Position numbers and translations under genes: made by a program. Under the pieces are notes generated by a model. It made no database searches. It was given only the letters and a program-made list of their open reading frames with translations, and was not told the origin of the DNA. A stretch of DNA of 58,386 nt, counting the filler, from Sphacelaria rigidula (lineage: Eukaryota), in the NCBI GenBank assembly GCA_964200075.2. It is 10 parts of 10 records of this genome, joined end to end, with 100 filler letters (N's around TTAATTAATTAA, not from the genome) between each part and the next. Parts side by side here need not be neighbours in the genome. Positions count along the whole stretch, not along the records: positions 23,397 to 29,145 come from CAXNAA020024762.1; positions 29,246 to 34,994 come from CAXNAA020024763.1; positions 35,095 to 40,842 come from CAXNAA020024764.1; 7 more parts are not named here. One strand, written 5' to 3'. This document shows, piece after piece, positions 24,890 through 37,988 of the stretch (within the stretch, counting starts at the first letter, position 1; every line of letters starts with the position of its first letter).

Positions 24890-27800
24890 GTCGCCCATCG
24901 GAGGCGCTTCATACAGTCTGAAATCAGCTATCGTGCGCTCGCTGTTTGAGAGGGTGGCTATCGCGGCATTACTCGAGGATGCTGGTTGTCGTGAGGCTTT
25001 CTCAGTCTGCGCACAACGTTTTCCAACACCTCGTCGTGTGGACCTAAACCATCAAGACGCCACCAAAGCGTGGAACGTTGCCATATGCGCCACAAGGTGT
25101 CCTTGTGGCTACTCCTGGCTGCTGGAGGTCCTGGTTACCCTCGGACACGCGTTACCAGTCGGCGGCCGACACCGCCGCCTCCCTCACCCAGGCCATCGAC
25201 GTCTTCATCTCCGCTATGGACGCGGACCGTGCCCCAGGGGTCACAGGCCCAACACTACTCAGTCATTTTTAGCATCGTCTAACGAGTTCGAGCTACTTCG
25301 ACAGTATCACTCAAGACAATGCTATTCAGCGACTAAGCTCCTTCGGTGTAGCAACAGACGTTTCTTTTGACGATTATCCTCTTGCTTTGAAGCTTCTAGT
25401 GTCCAGCACTATGGGGGTAGGCCGCTAGACTGGTCCATCGGATGCAATGTGCCAATCATCTGTAAGAGATAGTGTTTCCGAGCAGTTTCCGACGCTTATG
25501 CCATCACTTTTTCCCGGTGCTTTGGCACACCGTGCGGTGCCTTTCCTCCTGTAGACGCGATGTGGAGTGTGTTTGTTCACCAGGAAAATAATTTGACGCC
25601 AGCCGTTCGTGGCGACAAGCATGCTTCCGCTCGTTCACAGTCTGCCTCTGTGCCTTCTTCGACCCCTTCAGGGTCCCGTAGCCGGTCTCACACTTCGTCT
25701 CGTTCATCATGGGTGCCCGCCTCCGTCGCCGGCTCCGTCATGAACGTTGCAAACAAGAGAGATCCGTTCCGCGCCAGTTTTCACGGATGGCCATACTCCG
25801 CCGAGACTTGGGATGGTGTTTACACTGTATCTACCTCTGTGTTTACTACAGATGATCCACACTTGTGGAACCCCCTCCTCTCGGCTGCTGCAAGACATGA
25901 GGCCTTCAGCCGCCACGCAAATAATTGCATCAATTGAAAAACCCAAGGGCACAATATGCGTGATTGTACTCGCCTTTGTGTAAACGCTTTCGACCTCATG
26001 AACCCTGAGCTGTAGGACAATGAGCCAGCATGGCGCCGATGGCAGAAACGCATGCGTGAATACCGCACACCCAACCGTAATTCTCGCCATCCTTCCAACA
26101 ACAACCGCGACAACACTCGCTCAAATCGCGACCGTCGCCTCAATAACTATGACAACTCTGGTTTCCGGCGGAGAGAAAGTTCTTCTCACCGTCACCAGAA
26201 CTCCGCTGATAGACACCAGCGCACGGAGCCGAATCACAATCACTTGAACCCCAACGCCAGAAACCCTGGTTCATTTATGACTGATCGTTCTGATCCATGA
26301 CGTACCGACGCCGGTGTTTTTACGTCTTCAGCGCCGCCGAAAGCACACACGAAGACTATTTCAGCACCAACCGCGGAACGAGTGACAAAACTTTCCCGCT
26401 CAGCCTCCCCTGCACTATGCAAGAGTACTAATGACGACCGCTCATATCGACCCCCGCCTTCACCTCTTCGCACACAGCGTAACCGTTGCGTTGACTCACA
26501 CCTTAGCTCTACACTCGGCTCTGGACTTGGTCCTTCAGAGCTGAGCGCGAATCTGAGGTGTGGGAACACCAACCGCCCGTCTCTGAGGCAAAGGCTTCTC
26601 TCAGCGACCGTACGCACAGGCAGTAGTGTACTTCACTCGACTGGTTCAAGTGTCACTGGTCTGAATTTAACCACTTCGGGCCAAGTAACACCCACCCAGC
26701 TCGAACGAGTTCGTTCTTCACGTTCATTGCACCACGCGAAGCTACCCCTGAATGGTTCTCACAAAAGCCATCCTACTTTACATTGGGCTATGACGCCTGA
26801 GCCAAGCTTGCCAGCGGAAAGTCCACAAGCTTCGCCCGAGCATGCCCCGGTGCTAACCCCATCCACCCAACTGGACGCAGTTGGGATTTACCCAAACACT
26901 TAAGAAGTTCCCCGCCCTTTGTCCCGGCGAGGTAGGAAGCCCCGTGAACATGCCCCCACTGAAGCGTGCGCATCAACACGTACACCTCCCACGAGCGGAA
27001 AAATTCGACCTTGCTCTCTCCAGAATGCGACGGCTTTGAGCCCGATGAACTTAGTCGGCATCACAGGAGAATCCAAACCAGATATTTCGGATGTTCCTGC
27101 CTCTTCTACGGGCAGCACTGAACAGCATGGTTCCATATCAATCTATCTTGGCTGAGCATGGTCCGGATCTTGTCGGCGGTAAAGTGTTCGTTGATCCTGT
27201 CACTCTTACTACTCGCGTAGCGACCCATTGTGGGCCATACGCCACCACGCCTGCCAAATATGTCTCTTTGTTAGATAGCGGCAGCCCACAAATGTTTATC
27301 CGTGAAACATTTCGGGAACACATGAAACAGATTGGTGCTGCTTCAGCAGCTTGCGAAATCACCACCAAGCCTCGAATATGGGTCGATTTTGGTGACTCCA
27401 CCGCCCCTTTGATCACATGAAGATCAGTTCGTCTCAGAGTGCAAGTCTTTCGCAACAGAACTCGTTCTGCCAGCCTTGTAGTCTAGGCATATGTCGTCCC
27501 CGACAGCACCATGGCTCAAGCCCTGCTAATGGGCCGGGATAGTTACATGCGGTTCGATCAACGCGCCTACCGCACGCTAACACCATCATCATCACAGTCT
27601 GCGCCTCGTGGAGAACTCTACCTTGGACATTTCGGTACTCTTCACGGCGCCTTGGCCAACCAAAAAAATGAGCAAGCTACCGGAGCTGCTTACCACCCAC
27701 GATACGAGGGTATTGCTAGGTTTACCCTCTCCGATGATGCTCAACTGCTAGAAGTTGCCTGCGTTCGTCGAAATGGCATGCCTGCCCTTACGGGACATTA

Positions 27801-29075
27801 CCTCGCCGAAATGCTTCCTCGGGTTGGTGCGTCTGCCGGCACAAAACACTTTGTCTCAGCAGGAAAACAACTTTTACTCCTCACGGCTCATGCTAACTTG
27901 GAACCCGGTGATGTTTTGGGTATCGCTGCTGCTCCCCTCATGGACATTCCACTTGAGACATGTGCCACTGAACCCTCGACGCCTGATTCGGCGCCTCTGA
28001 CAAGCGGCTCTGTCAATTGCGTTGATGAGCCTTACTTCGACGTAACCTCTTCGTCTCCATCACGTATCCACACCGTGGAACCTGCACCTTCAACTTCCGA
28101 CCCTCCTGCTGAATTGCTCCGACGCCCATCACCAGAATCTCGGAGATGTTTCTTGCACATGTGGAATTAACTTCCATCCCACTCACGTGACATCAACTTT
28201 GACTTACATGGGCCTTGGGAACCTGCTGTAATCAAAGAATTGAGCGATGTTTATTGGAGTACCAAGACCGGTTTCCTCAATCCAAAACGGATCTGAGGCA
28301 TTGCAAAACGCTGCCCTTTGAAATTACACTCCAACCTGGCGTTTCGCCAGTTTCTTCTCGACCATATCGGACGAACCCCATCCTTACCAAAAACGTTAAC
28401 GCCATCTTAGACGCGTACTTAGGTGCCAGATTAATCCAATACCCATCTTCTTCATGGGCCTTACCCCTAGTGGTAGTCTCCAAAAAGGATGGAAATATCC
28501 GCATCACCGTGAATTATCAACGGCTGAACCGCGTTACTGTGGTGGGGAAACTTCCAATTCCTCGCATAGATGACGTCTTCGACTCTCTAGGCGAAGGCAA
28601 AATATTCAGTACCTTCGACCCTGACACAGTCCCACTGACAGCATTCTAAACATCTTCCGGGCTCTACGAATGGCTCCGTATGCCACAAGGCGCCGCCAAT
28701 GCGCCAGGTTGTTTCCAATGCTTAATGCAGCACGTTGTACAGAGAACCTTGAACACGTCATCATGTACTTGGACGACGCTATCGCCTTCGATGCCTCCCC
28801 TCTTGCGCATTTGCACGCCGTACGCGAGTTTCTTTCTCGAATGCGGACGCACGATTTGAAACTGTCTCCATCCAAAGCTCGCCTTGGCGCGACTGAACTG
28901 GATTTTCTGGGACATTCTATTTCATCGGCGGGCCTACACCCGGAAACCAACAAAGTCAGAGCAATGACTGAATTGCCGATGCCCACGAACATTTCTCAGC
29001 TCCGCTCATTATTGGGTGGAATGTCCTACTATCGCAATTTTTTGCCCAACCTGTCCAAACGTATTCACCCCATTA
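24890..29075 (+). mobile_element. Degenerate Ty3/Gypsy element of a second family (gag, protease, RT)
   Basis: Knuckle C-I-N-*-K-T-Q-G-H-N-M-R-D-C at about 25926-25967 (second Cys is a stop); protease LLDSGS at about 27268; RT SRPYR..WALPLVVVSKKDGNIRITVNYQRLN, YEWLRMPQG, YLDD, FLGHSIS, LRSLLGGMSYYRNF. Confidence 0.92.
28190..29075 (+). pseudogene. pol: Gypsy reverse transcriptase with frameshifts and deletions
   Basis: ORFs 28215-28649 and 28670-29122 with YLDD; a segment is missing after IFSTFD. Confidence 0.92.
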
Positions 29076-29145
29076 CTTTTTTTTTTCCTCTCACTTTGAA
29101 CCCCTCCCCTTCCTCGGGATGAGTCCGTGGTCTCAAGGGATCAAC

Positions 29146-29245
29146 NNNNNNNNNNNNNNNNNNNNNNNNNNNNNNNNNNNNNNNNNNNNTTAATTAATTA
29201 ANNNNNNNNNNNNNNNNNNNNNNNNNNNNNNNNNNNNNNNNNNNN
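29146..29245. other. Artificial contig spacer
   Basis: N44-TTAATTAATTAA-N44. Confidence 0.98.
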
Positions 29246-30259
29246 CTCATTTGTTGCTTGCCTTAGTCATTTGACCATTGACCACGCATCCCTTTCGAGA
29301 CGGAGCAACGGGGGGGGGAGTACTTGGGGGCAAGTCCATGGTATTGTGTTGTCTGTGGGCTAGGTCTAGGGGTGGTAAACACGAAGTCTCAAAACAAATC
29401 TCGAAAAAAATCTCCAAAATGGGCCAAAATGGGCATATTTTGACTTCATTTTAGTATGGACAACCGGCTTTTTCTTTTCTTTTTTTTGCATCAGCTTCGT
29501 TGAGACTTCATCTTTCCAACGAACCTAACTATAGGATGATCGGAAAACTATAAGTGCGCAAAAAATTACACGCCCATAACTCCCCAGACTTATGGGACAA
29601 AGGAAGTATGCCGTTAAAACCGGGGTTACCCCCATCCCTGCTCCCCCTCCCCTCCCCCCGGTGGCATAGATTCCGTTTTGATGTCACATAGGGCTGATCG
29701 CGACGAGCGAGGTCTATGGGTTTTGAAGCCGCCCCCCGCTCCTCCTCCATCGTTGTCGCACCGGATGCGATAACCAAGGAAGGCGCGAGTGAGATCACTA
29801 GTGATTGTTAATCATGGGCATTCGGGTTTGAGTTCGTTTTCCTGACATGTATTTCACCCTCGGAAGGCTACGGATGCGGCTGCATCGGTGCGAAAGAAGT
29901 GACATGCATGAATGGGACCTCACCACTGTTTCGTCGTTGCGTGCAGAGTAAGATCTAGCAAACAATACTGTATAAACAGGTTTCTTTGTTTTTTCTCGAT
30001 ATATTTGATATACACAACAAGTGGAAAGCTCACCGTAAATTGAAGAAAAAGCAACCACCATATACAAACGACAGCTGCTTTTGTACTGTACGATACGGAG
30101 CGGTACCGTACCGTACTGTACTGTAGCATAATTTCTCATCATTCTTGTACGCTGCCGGGGCAGCATGCCACGGAAGTGCAGTGCATGCCACGGAAGTGCA
30201 GTGCTCACGCGGATAGTTCAACACGCGTGCTGCTACCCTACGTTACCACAAATCGTCCG

Positions 30260-30909
30260 TCCTTTTGTTTTCGTCACACCGGAATTGAACTCCCCCTCTT
30301 TATCGGGACGAGTCCGTGGTCTCAAGGGATTTACCCTCCTCTCCCTCCCCCCTACCGCGATTCGCAGTCGTAGTTCCTCTCAGTGTTGTAAAGTAGCAGT
30401 TCGGTATATCGCGTCCGTAGGGACTCATGGATGAGAGAGCTCATCCTCACGTAGTATGGTCCGAAATATCGGAGCCGCAATTCCCTCCCACGGCTTATTT
30501 GTTTTCTTCTGTGCTTGAGGACATGTGCTTTTTCCCGCACGATCTTTTTTTCACCTGGACCTACGCTGCAGGGGCCAGTCATTTATATATTTTTTTCCGA
30601 TACTGCTTACTTTGTCTGACGATCACACGATACGTTTCTAGTTTTTCTCTGTTCCTCTCCTTTCCCCCTCCCTGCTTGTAGTTTGTTCATGTTTTTGTTC
30701 TTGTTTTTTTGCTATTGTTTGTCAGTATTTTGGCCTTTGATTTCTCAGTTTACTCTTTCCGTTTGTTCTTCGTTTTGGTTTCCCCGCCGTACGTTGTTTC
30801 TTCTCTAGCCAGCGTCTCCGTTTTGTCTACCTTGTCTACCTCAATCGTGTGACACAGGTTGAGTCCCTCGGAGATCACTTCATGTGCGACAATCAACCAT
30901 TCAATCAAG
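30260..30909 (+). mobile_element. Probable non-LTR retroposon 3' region with a (CAAT)n-like tail; partial copy at 29076-29145
   Basis: ttgaac.ccc..c.t..tcggga.gagtccgtggtctcaagggat shared with 29096-29141, where it interrupts the Gypsy RT; ends gtgcgacaatcaaccattcaatcaa. Confidence 0.5.
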
Positions 30910-31180
30910 ACACCCTAACACAGATGACGCGCTGTCCAGCACAATGAAGGGGTACTCTGCATAAGGACTCCGTGTGAATGTCGGAATGGATACTGAATGT
31001 CGGGAAGGTGAAGCGTGCCTCTCTCCCCAGTAGTATTTTTTCGCGTGCTACGGTAATTGCGCCCGAAACCTTTGATTAACGGGCGATATGGTCCTGTTAC
31101 GTGGGCTGTCTGCCCGCATTGCCTGTTGCGGTTGCACCTTTCCCCAAATATGTCACTAGTCCTCTTATTGTTGTACCCGG

Positions 31181-31724
31181 TGCACCGTCGCCAACCCCCC
31201 TCTGCTGTGACTTTCCCTTTAAAGGGTTGGCGTCGGCTGGTAGCGACCCTGCAATACACGCCACTCACTGCGTAAGGTAGGTAAACATGTTACCGTTTCT
31301 TTCCTCGATTGCACATTTTTGCGGTAACCACGATAGCGGTTGAGCCAGATCATTTTGTGCGGGGTGGGAGAACCTGAACTCCGCGCAAAAGGGATGGTTG
31401 TGCTACGTGATATCTAAATGGTGAGACATCCACGAGGCAGTGTGGAACCCGTGGCTGTCTCACGAAGTGGCGATACCAGAAAATGAAGCAACTAATTCAA
31501 GGCTGTCATCCAAACGCAAGATAATCAGTACGCTTCGGGCCGAAAACTCTTAGGAGGGTGCCTGTCACCCCGTATGCGACTCGCCGAATACATTATGGCG
31601 GTTCGCGGTTGGTGATTGATTACGAGCCTAGTCCGGCAAAAACCCGGCGTGCTCCGTCCCGGCTCTGTAGGGATGCTGCGAGGTCAATGGTTTTGTGGCT
31701 ACGGCATGCAACATCATGAGCGCA
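31181..31724 (-). repeat. LTR-like repeat family (about 545 bp, TGC.C...GTGCA), full copy
   Basis: Reverse-complement matches to 52291-52538, 52639-52930 and 34929-34994; short terminal inverted ends; purine-rich tract before the 5' end in three copies. Confidence 0.65.
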
Positions 31725-32399
31725 CTCCCTCTACTGCAACGAGATCCTTGAACCGTCACACTTTCACCCGTGGTCATCGTACCTGCGTCTGTTATGGCAC
31801 CGTATGATCTGTCACAGACGATATTGGCCTCGCTTCGCACCCCACCCAAACCCCGGCTTTGTACGGATTACCCCCCAGAGCTCAAGTTGAACTATAGTGA
31901 AACTACGAGATGACCGTTCTCGCGTCTATGATTGGAGGTTCAAATCGAAGTCGGAATTGTACCTTGAGAGGTGCGTTTCGGCTTGAGCCTTCACATTCAC
32001 GTAGACCCAAGAAGGGACGAATAATGTATTTTTTGCAGGCAGCATTGGTGAACCGGTCACTCAAAAATCGGACAAGAGACGACGAGAGGATTGGGGGACA
32101 TGCTACGCATGTTACGTTGTTTTCGCCCGTCGTACCGCAACGGTCATATCTCACTATTCCTTAAGAGTAATGAAAGCCCACTGGTTGGTCTGCACACTCA
32201 GGATGCATCGCTTCATCACTGCTTCGGTCTAGGAAACTTGGCGCATCCTGAATAACAAGCTGTAGGGGCAGAAATAATGGCCTTGTGCTCCGCTCGAACG
32301 TATGGTTGTTCAAGCCAATCGGCGATCCTCATGTCTAAATGTGCGTGTCGCGCTTCGACGACACTTCAATCAGCATTTTCGGTGGGGGAACCGGACCCT

Positions 32400-33400
32400 T
32401 GTGAAGTGTAGGAGAAGTAGTAGCCACTGCTGTAGCCACCTTCCAACTTCCCATGATGTAAAGGTCCGGTTACATATTCGGCCTGTGGAATAGGCTGATA
32501 CGGCACTTACGACAAACCACGACGATAACGCCATCTTGCCACGATTAGGGGGCTACGGTGCCCGAAAAAGACAACATACGATCAGCCTTAGCCAAGCACG
32601 GGTCAAAGAGAGACCCCTGCCAATTTCTACCCGAGCATTAAACAAAAAAACGTCGGGACGAACGTTGAACACTAAGCTGACCTTGCGGGACTGAGACTCA
32701 GGTTCACAATTTCACGTTCAGGCTCACTTCGAGGCTTTATGTCAGTAGCTGAACCTTGATGGCGGGTGTCAAACCTGTCGCAAACGCTCGAGTTTAAAGT
32801 TCGAAGTCTACGGTGATAATAGATCCGACCGACGGTAGCGATGAAAGGTTTCACCATTTTCCCATTATTTTGACAACAAACGCCCACGAGGTGTCGAAAA
32901 CACGCCAACTGGCATTCTCCGAAACGCAATGGGTGATGAAGAAAGGTCACTTCCAAATGAAACGGGAAACAGACACGTTTTACAAAACAAGAGCTGCAGA
33001 CCGCCACACGGCATTCAAGCGTCTCAAGATGAAATCGTCAACAGCGCGAAACAATCACAGCAAGGGCAGATATTCGCTTTTGCATACCCGTGCCGGGTTA
33101 GGGTTGATCTCCCAGTTGACGTGGTTGGGGCAGCCCGTCGCCGAGGCCACATTACGCTCCATCGCGCTCCCAGAACCACTGCGTCGCGGCGGAGGATATC
33201 GGACGTAAATGGGAGAGGACAAGAGAAACCGATACCACGAAGAAAGCAAGTCGTTGTCAAAGGGTAAAGGGATTAGTTGAGCGTCACTCTCTTGACGTTG
33301 CTGCGTGACCTCCATGTACTTTATTCTGGCGTTTTAAGGGGCCCATGCACACGAACAACACCCAGCGCTTCCTGAGATCGAGAGGGTCGTACGCCATGCA
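32400..33400 (+). pseudogene. Very decayed Gypsy-type RNase H/integrase relic
   Basis: Ordered motif ghosts across frames: AGVKPVANAR (G..N.VADALSR), HEVSKTRQL..W (H.G..KT...W), TAFKRLKM (PF.R+.MD), FAFAYP, HRAPRT, QRVKGLVERH (Q.NG.VER). Confidence 0.45.
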
Positions 33401-34928
33401 GGTGACACAGACGAGGAACGGCGCACATTCTGAGCAAGGGTTTGAAATGAATAAATGTCGTTATCTCTGGAGGTTGATCCACTGGCACCTCCCGTCCCGG
33501 GCCATGATGTGTGATCTGCCGACCAGATAATCTCACTCCATTTACCCGCTGCCTCCGCGTACAAAGCTCATGGATGATGGCACTCGACACGTACTGGTTT
33601 CACTAGATTCGATCACATCTCCATTTATTGTCCTGCGCTTACATCATATGGAAACGTCTGCCCCAGGAGCTGTGCCTGCGCCGTCGTGCGCTAGACCGTG
33701 AAGTCTCCAGCGACCTGGATACCTTTAGTTCTGTTTGTCGTCTCGCCAAGTGTAATGGCCAACAATCATCGGCAGCTAGCACCGCGTGTTACTCAAACCA
33801 TTGTAGATACACCTGGCAGGTGCACTCTACAAAATGGGATCCTGGGAAAAATCGTCCGCAATTGACTCCACACGATGGAACATTGCATGTGTCTCATCTT
33901 CCACCGAAGCTTGGATACGATGCCAAACAAACGACGTCAACACAAGGACGTAGCCACCCACACCTCCGCAGATGTAGTGCTAGGGTACCGGTTCATCGAA
34001 TTCTCGGAACTCGTCTCGGAACCCTCAGTTTCAGTTGCCTGAAAAACCTCGACTGTCCACCCCTTCCTTCCTCTTTCCCCCTCTTGTTCAATATTTTCTT
34101 AGGTTGAGCGTAATTATTTTCTCCAAGCGCCGCATTGGTGTTTGTGTCTCGCTCGGGTAGAGCTGGCGAGTGACAGTTCGTGTCCAAGCACCGCGGTCCC
34201 CAGATCAGAGGGGGTTGCAACACGTTTCCGATGCCTTGTTTTCCCCGCGGGCTCAACACCTGAAGGCATGCCCTGCCACAGAGGTCTGTCGTCTCGTTTC
34301 TCAGACCCGGTGCGAGATATGGGTCTGGCGCATTGTTGCTCTCTCAATTTCTTTCCTTATTACGGCAGTAGGACATCGGCCTCGACACGGCAGGTTGTGT
34401 ATCGGCAGCAATAAGTTTCGATACTATCGATCGATATATTATTGTATCGAACATCGAAAAATCGAACCGATGATTTGAGCTGTACCTTGGGATTTTTTCC
34501 TCTGGGGGCAGGGAGATTATGCAGAGTAGAAAGGCATAATAACAAGCGAATCAAGGGGTCTATTGGCAGTCCCGTGCTTTGCATCACCACATAGCACGCA
34601 GACACACAGGTACGTTTACATTACAACTATAGACCACACGTGTGTACACTTCTCGTGTACCTGCGTAGTATGTGGGGTATGGTAGCGGAGTGGAGGAAGT
34701 CTGCATCTGAGGAGAAGTCTGTATCCACCTGACCGCATGGAGTTTTGTGTTTGGTGCTCGGTGGGTCCTTGATGGATGTTCATACACAGCACGAAGTCCT
34801 ATGGTGTGCTGGCGTGCTGTATTGTATCGCAGGTGGTCCGCAGATATTTTATCAAGCGAGTGAACGTAGTATGCTCGGCTGGTTGGTGTGCGGTGTGTGG
34901 AGTATCTAGGAGTCATCTTACGATAGGG

Positions 34929-34994
34929 TGCACTCATGATCATGCATGCCATAGTCATCAGACCATTGACCTCGCATCCGTACAATGCCGGGAC
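34929..34994 (+). repeat. 5' end of the LTR-like family, truncated by contig end
   Basis: tgcactcatgatcatgcatgccatagtcatcagaccattgacc matches 52291 onward. Confidence 0.8.
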
Positions 34995-35094
34995 NNNNNN
35001 NNNNNNNNNNNNNNNNNNNNNNNNNNNNNNNNNNNNNNTTAATTAATTAANNNNNNNNNNNNNNNNNNNNNNNNNNNNNNNNNNNNNNNNNNNN
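34995..35094. other. Artificial contig spacer
   Basis: N44-TTAATTAATTAA-N44. Confidence 0.98.
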
Positions 35095-37988
35095 ACCAAG
35101 GCCTCACTTTGTTCAAAGAATGTATGTACCGCCCTTGCCCGAGGGTTCTCGGTGTGCGTTGGATTGGATCAACCCAACTAGCCTCCTGGCATTCCAGCGT
35201 ATCGTGAGCATGGACGAAAAGCTACGCAGTGGCATGCTGCATATGTGGAACAACAACGGAAGTAGCGGTAGGGTTCTCTATATGAATTTTGGATCCATGT
35301 CGTTCTCTTCCGATTACGTTGGGCATATTTTACCCGACGAGCCTGAATAAGCCCCAAACGTCGGTATGTTTGTGTCTTTTGGTGATTTTGGTCGGTGACA
35401 TTTTTTTGCCCAGTTTGGGGGGTCAGGCGCACCCATAACAGTAGTCGGGGGAGCACTGACAGTATCACACGAAGACAAAGCATCCGGGCGGGTTCTGACA
35501 GTAGCACGCGAAGGCACATGTCTGTAGAGTGTTCCCCCATGGCGGGGACTGCAATCGAAGTATCATGCGATGTGGGTGGCAAACATTTCGCGAATTGAGA
35601 AGATGAACGCGAGTTACGGTCGAATCGTAGTTGCCCGTTAAGCAACGATATGCCTGCTCTGGTCAGAGTTATGTCCTGTTTGTATTGTGCCTGATGTAAA
35701 GGGAAGAGGTTGAACTTGATACCATCAAGCACATACACGTTAGTAAGCTTGACACAAACACTAGTGCGCTCAGCCCCGTCAGTGTGTCCCATGTAAAATC
35801 TGAGGTTGAGGCTACCGACCGCTCTTACCGAGAGTACAGTACTATCTCCTAAAATCACATTATCGTTACCATGAGGGGGAACTCGCACATCAAACAGCCC
35901 CTCCATATTTCCAGTCGTATGGTGCGATGCCCCTCTGTCCGATATCCACTCTTCCAAATCAGCATCTGTACCTCACACCTCCCCACGATGCATCATAACA
36001 TATCCCTGCAAATCAGCATTACCAAGCCGAAACCGAGACTCGCCTTTTGACATGGAGAATGCCCTATATGCTCGTGGATGATCCGAAGTATACGTATCAG
36101 AAGGCGGAGCAGACGTGGCTGGGGGGACTGCCGGCTGTTGATACTGCTGCTGTTAGTCGTGAGGTGGAGCTGCGGTTTGGTGTTGTTGATATTGGCTGTT
36201 GTCCGGGTTAGGATAGTAGTAAGAGTGGTGCTGCTGGCGCGGTGGGTGATACTGTTGGGAATGTTGCTGTTGGGAGTAGTCTGTTGGTAGGGGATGTTGA
36301 TATTGGTAGGTTGCTGTGGGTAATTGTGTGTTGGTGGGGAAGATTGATTGGTATCTTGTGGTGCGGGGTATGCAGTAGGCTGGTGGTGCTGCTAATATTG
36401 GGGCAGTGTTCGATGTGGCGATGGCTCATGACTGTACGTAATGGGCATATCCAGCGCCGTTGAAACCATCCCTGCTCGGTGGGATGAAATCTTCGTCAAT
36501 AGTCGGGGGCTCACTCCACTGTACAAGGTTTTCATGCGAGTGAGACTCCCTCGAATTTCGGGAGTCGTTGAAGTGTTGAGGATTGTGGGTGTGATGGAAG
36601 TTGTTGGTGTGATTTGAGTTGTTGATGTGATGGGAGTTGTTGGCCTGAGTATGGGTGTTGGAGTAATAGTTACGTGGGGGTGGTTTCCCCCGTCATGAGG
36701 GACACGCTGCTCCGGGTTACGATATCGATTGCCTTGTCGGCGATTAACATGACTCCGCCCGTCGCCTCGTGTGTAGTAATCAACGCCTCGATCATGGCAT
36801 GATGAGGGTTGAGGGGTTGGATTGGGGTGGTTGTTGTGTGGCTCATATTGAGATGGAAAACATGATCGGGAATTAAGCCTTGGCGACGGTCCATGGTCAG
36901 GGTGCTGGTGTGAGGTGGAATTCCCACTGCGGACAGATCCACACTCCCGGCAGTGGTGGTTTCGCCTGTCCCCCCTGCCTCCGCGTCGCCTTCCCGATAC
37001 GTCACTGTGAGATATATCTTGAGCTATGACAGACAAGGCATGATTATTCGGAGAGTCTATCCTACTCCCTGACAGTTCCAACTCAGCATGGGCAGTTTTC
37101 ACCGTTCGGTGTAGGGTCTCTGTATCAATGTCTGATATGGCAAGAAGGATTCCTCTCTGAATTTTGTACTCTGCTGACAGGCTGCGTGCATAATGCCTGT
37201 TGGCATCAAACTCCGAAATTACGTGACCGAAATGATGTCTTTTGTGGCGAATTAAATTCGCCCTGTTCAGAAACACCAGAGGGCTTTCGCCCGGGGACAT
37301 CTGTAGGCATGACCACTCTTGCTCAAGACGGGCCTTTTCAGTGTTGGGGGGAACGGTGTAGTACTGGACAAAGTACGGCCAAGACTCACTAGGCGAACCA
37401 AGCATCGCAAAATTCTCTACCATACTGGGAGCTGTGATTTTCTCGAGTAATATTTCGTGAGCCCGCTGATCTTTCTCCACTGCCCTGTAGCCGTGCTGCG
37501 CTATCAATTCCTCTTCTGATCCGTGAAACACGCGAATGGGGTCCTGAACAAATAGAGCATCATAACATTTCTCGGCACGAAAATATTCAATCATCTGCAC
37601 TTGAACACACGAAACTTGGACTCCAAACTTTCCCCTGCTTTCACGGAACCGTCCCATGGGTAAATACTCGTATTGCTACACGTACTCTAACAAAGTTCGG
37701 TTGGGCACGTTGCCCTCCCGTGAAGGTATTGCTTCGTAACTCTTGGAAAAAACATGGGTTGTTCTCCTGGTCGCGATTTGCTGTACCCACCGTGGGATTA
37801 CCTTGTGCGCCTGCGCCCAAATGTATACTCTTATCTCTTTCGTACTCTACAATAGCATCGCGTTTTGCGGCCTCAATAAGCTCTGCCTATTTTTCTTCCA
37901 TGATACGTAGTTTTTCGGTCTGCTGTGTGTCCATAAGCCGAAGTTTTTCCGTTGACTCTTCCGTACTATACTTCTTCATGTTAGCCAT
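35095..37988 (-). mobile_element. Degenerate Ty1/Copia element (gag and protease; integrase apparently deleted)
   Basis: gag from ATG 37988 with a stop and frameshift into ORF 36392-37657 (KARLEQEWSCLQMSPGESPLVFLNRA, Copia gag-like); protease EEWISDRGASHHTTG and LTNVYVLDGIKFNLF in ORF 35178-35957. Confidence 0.85.
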
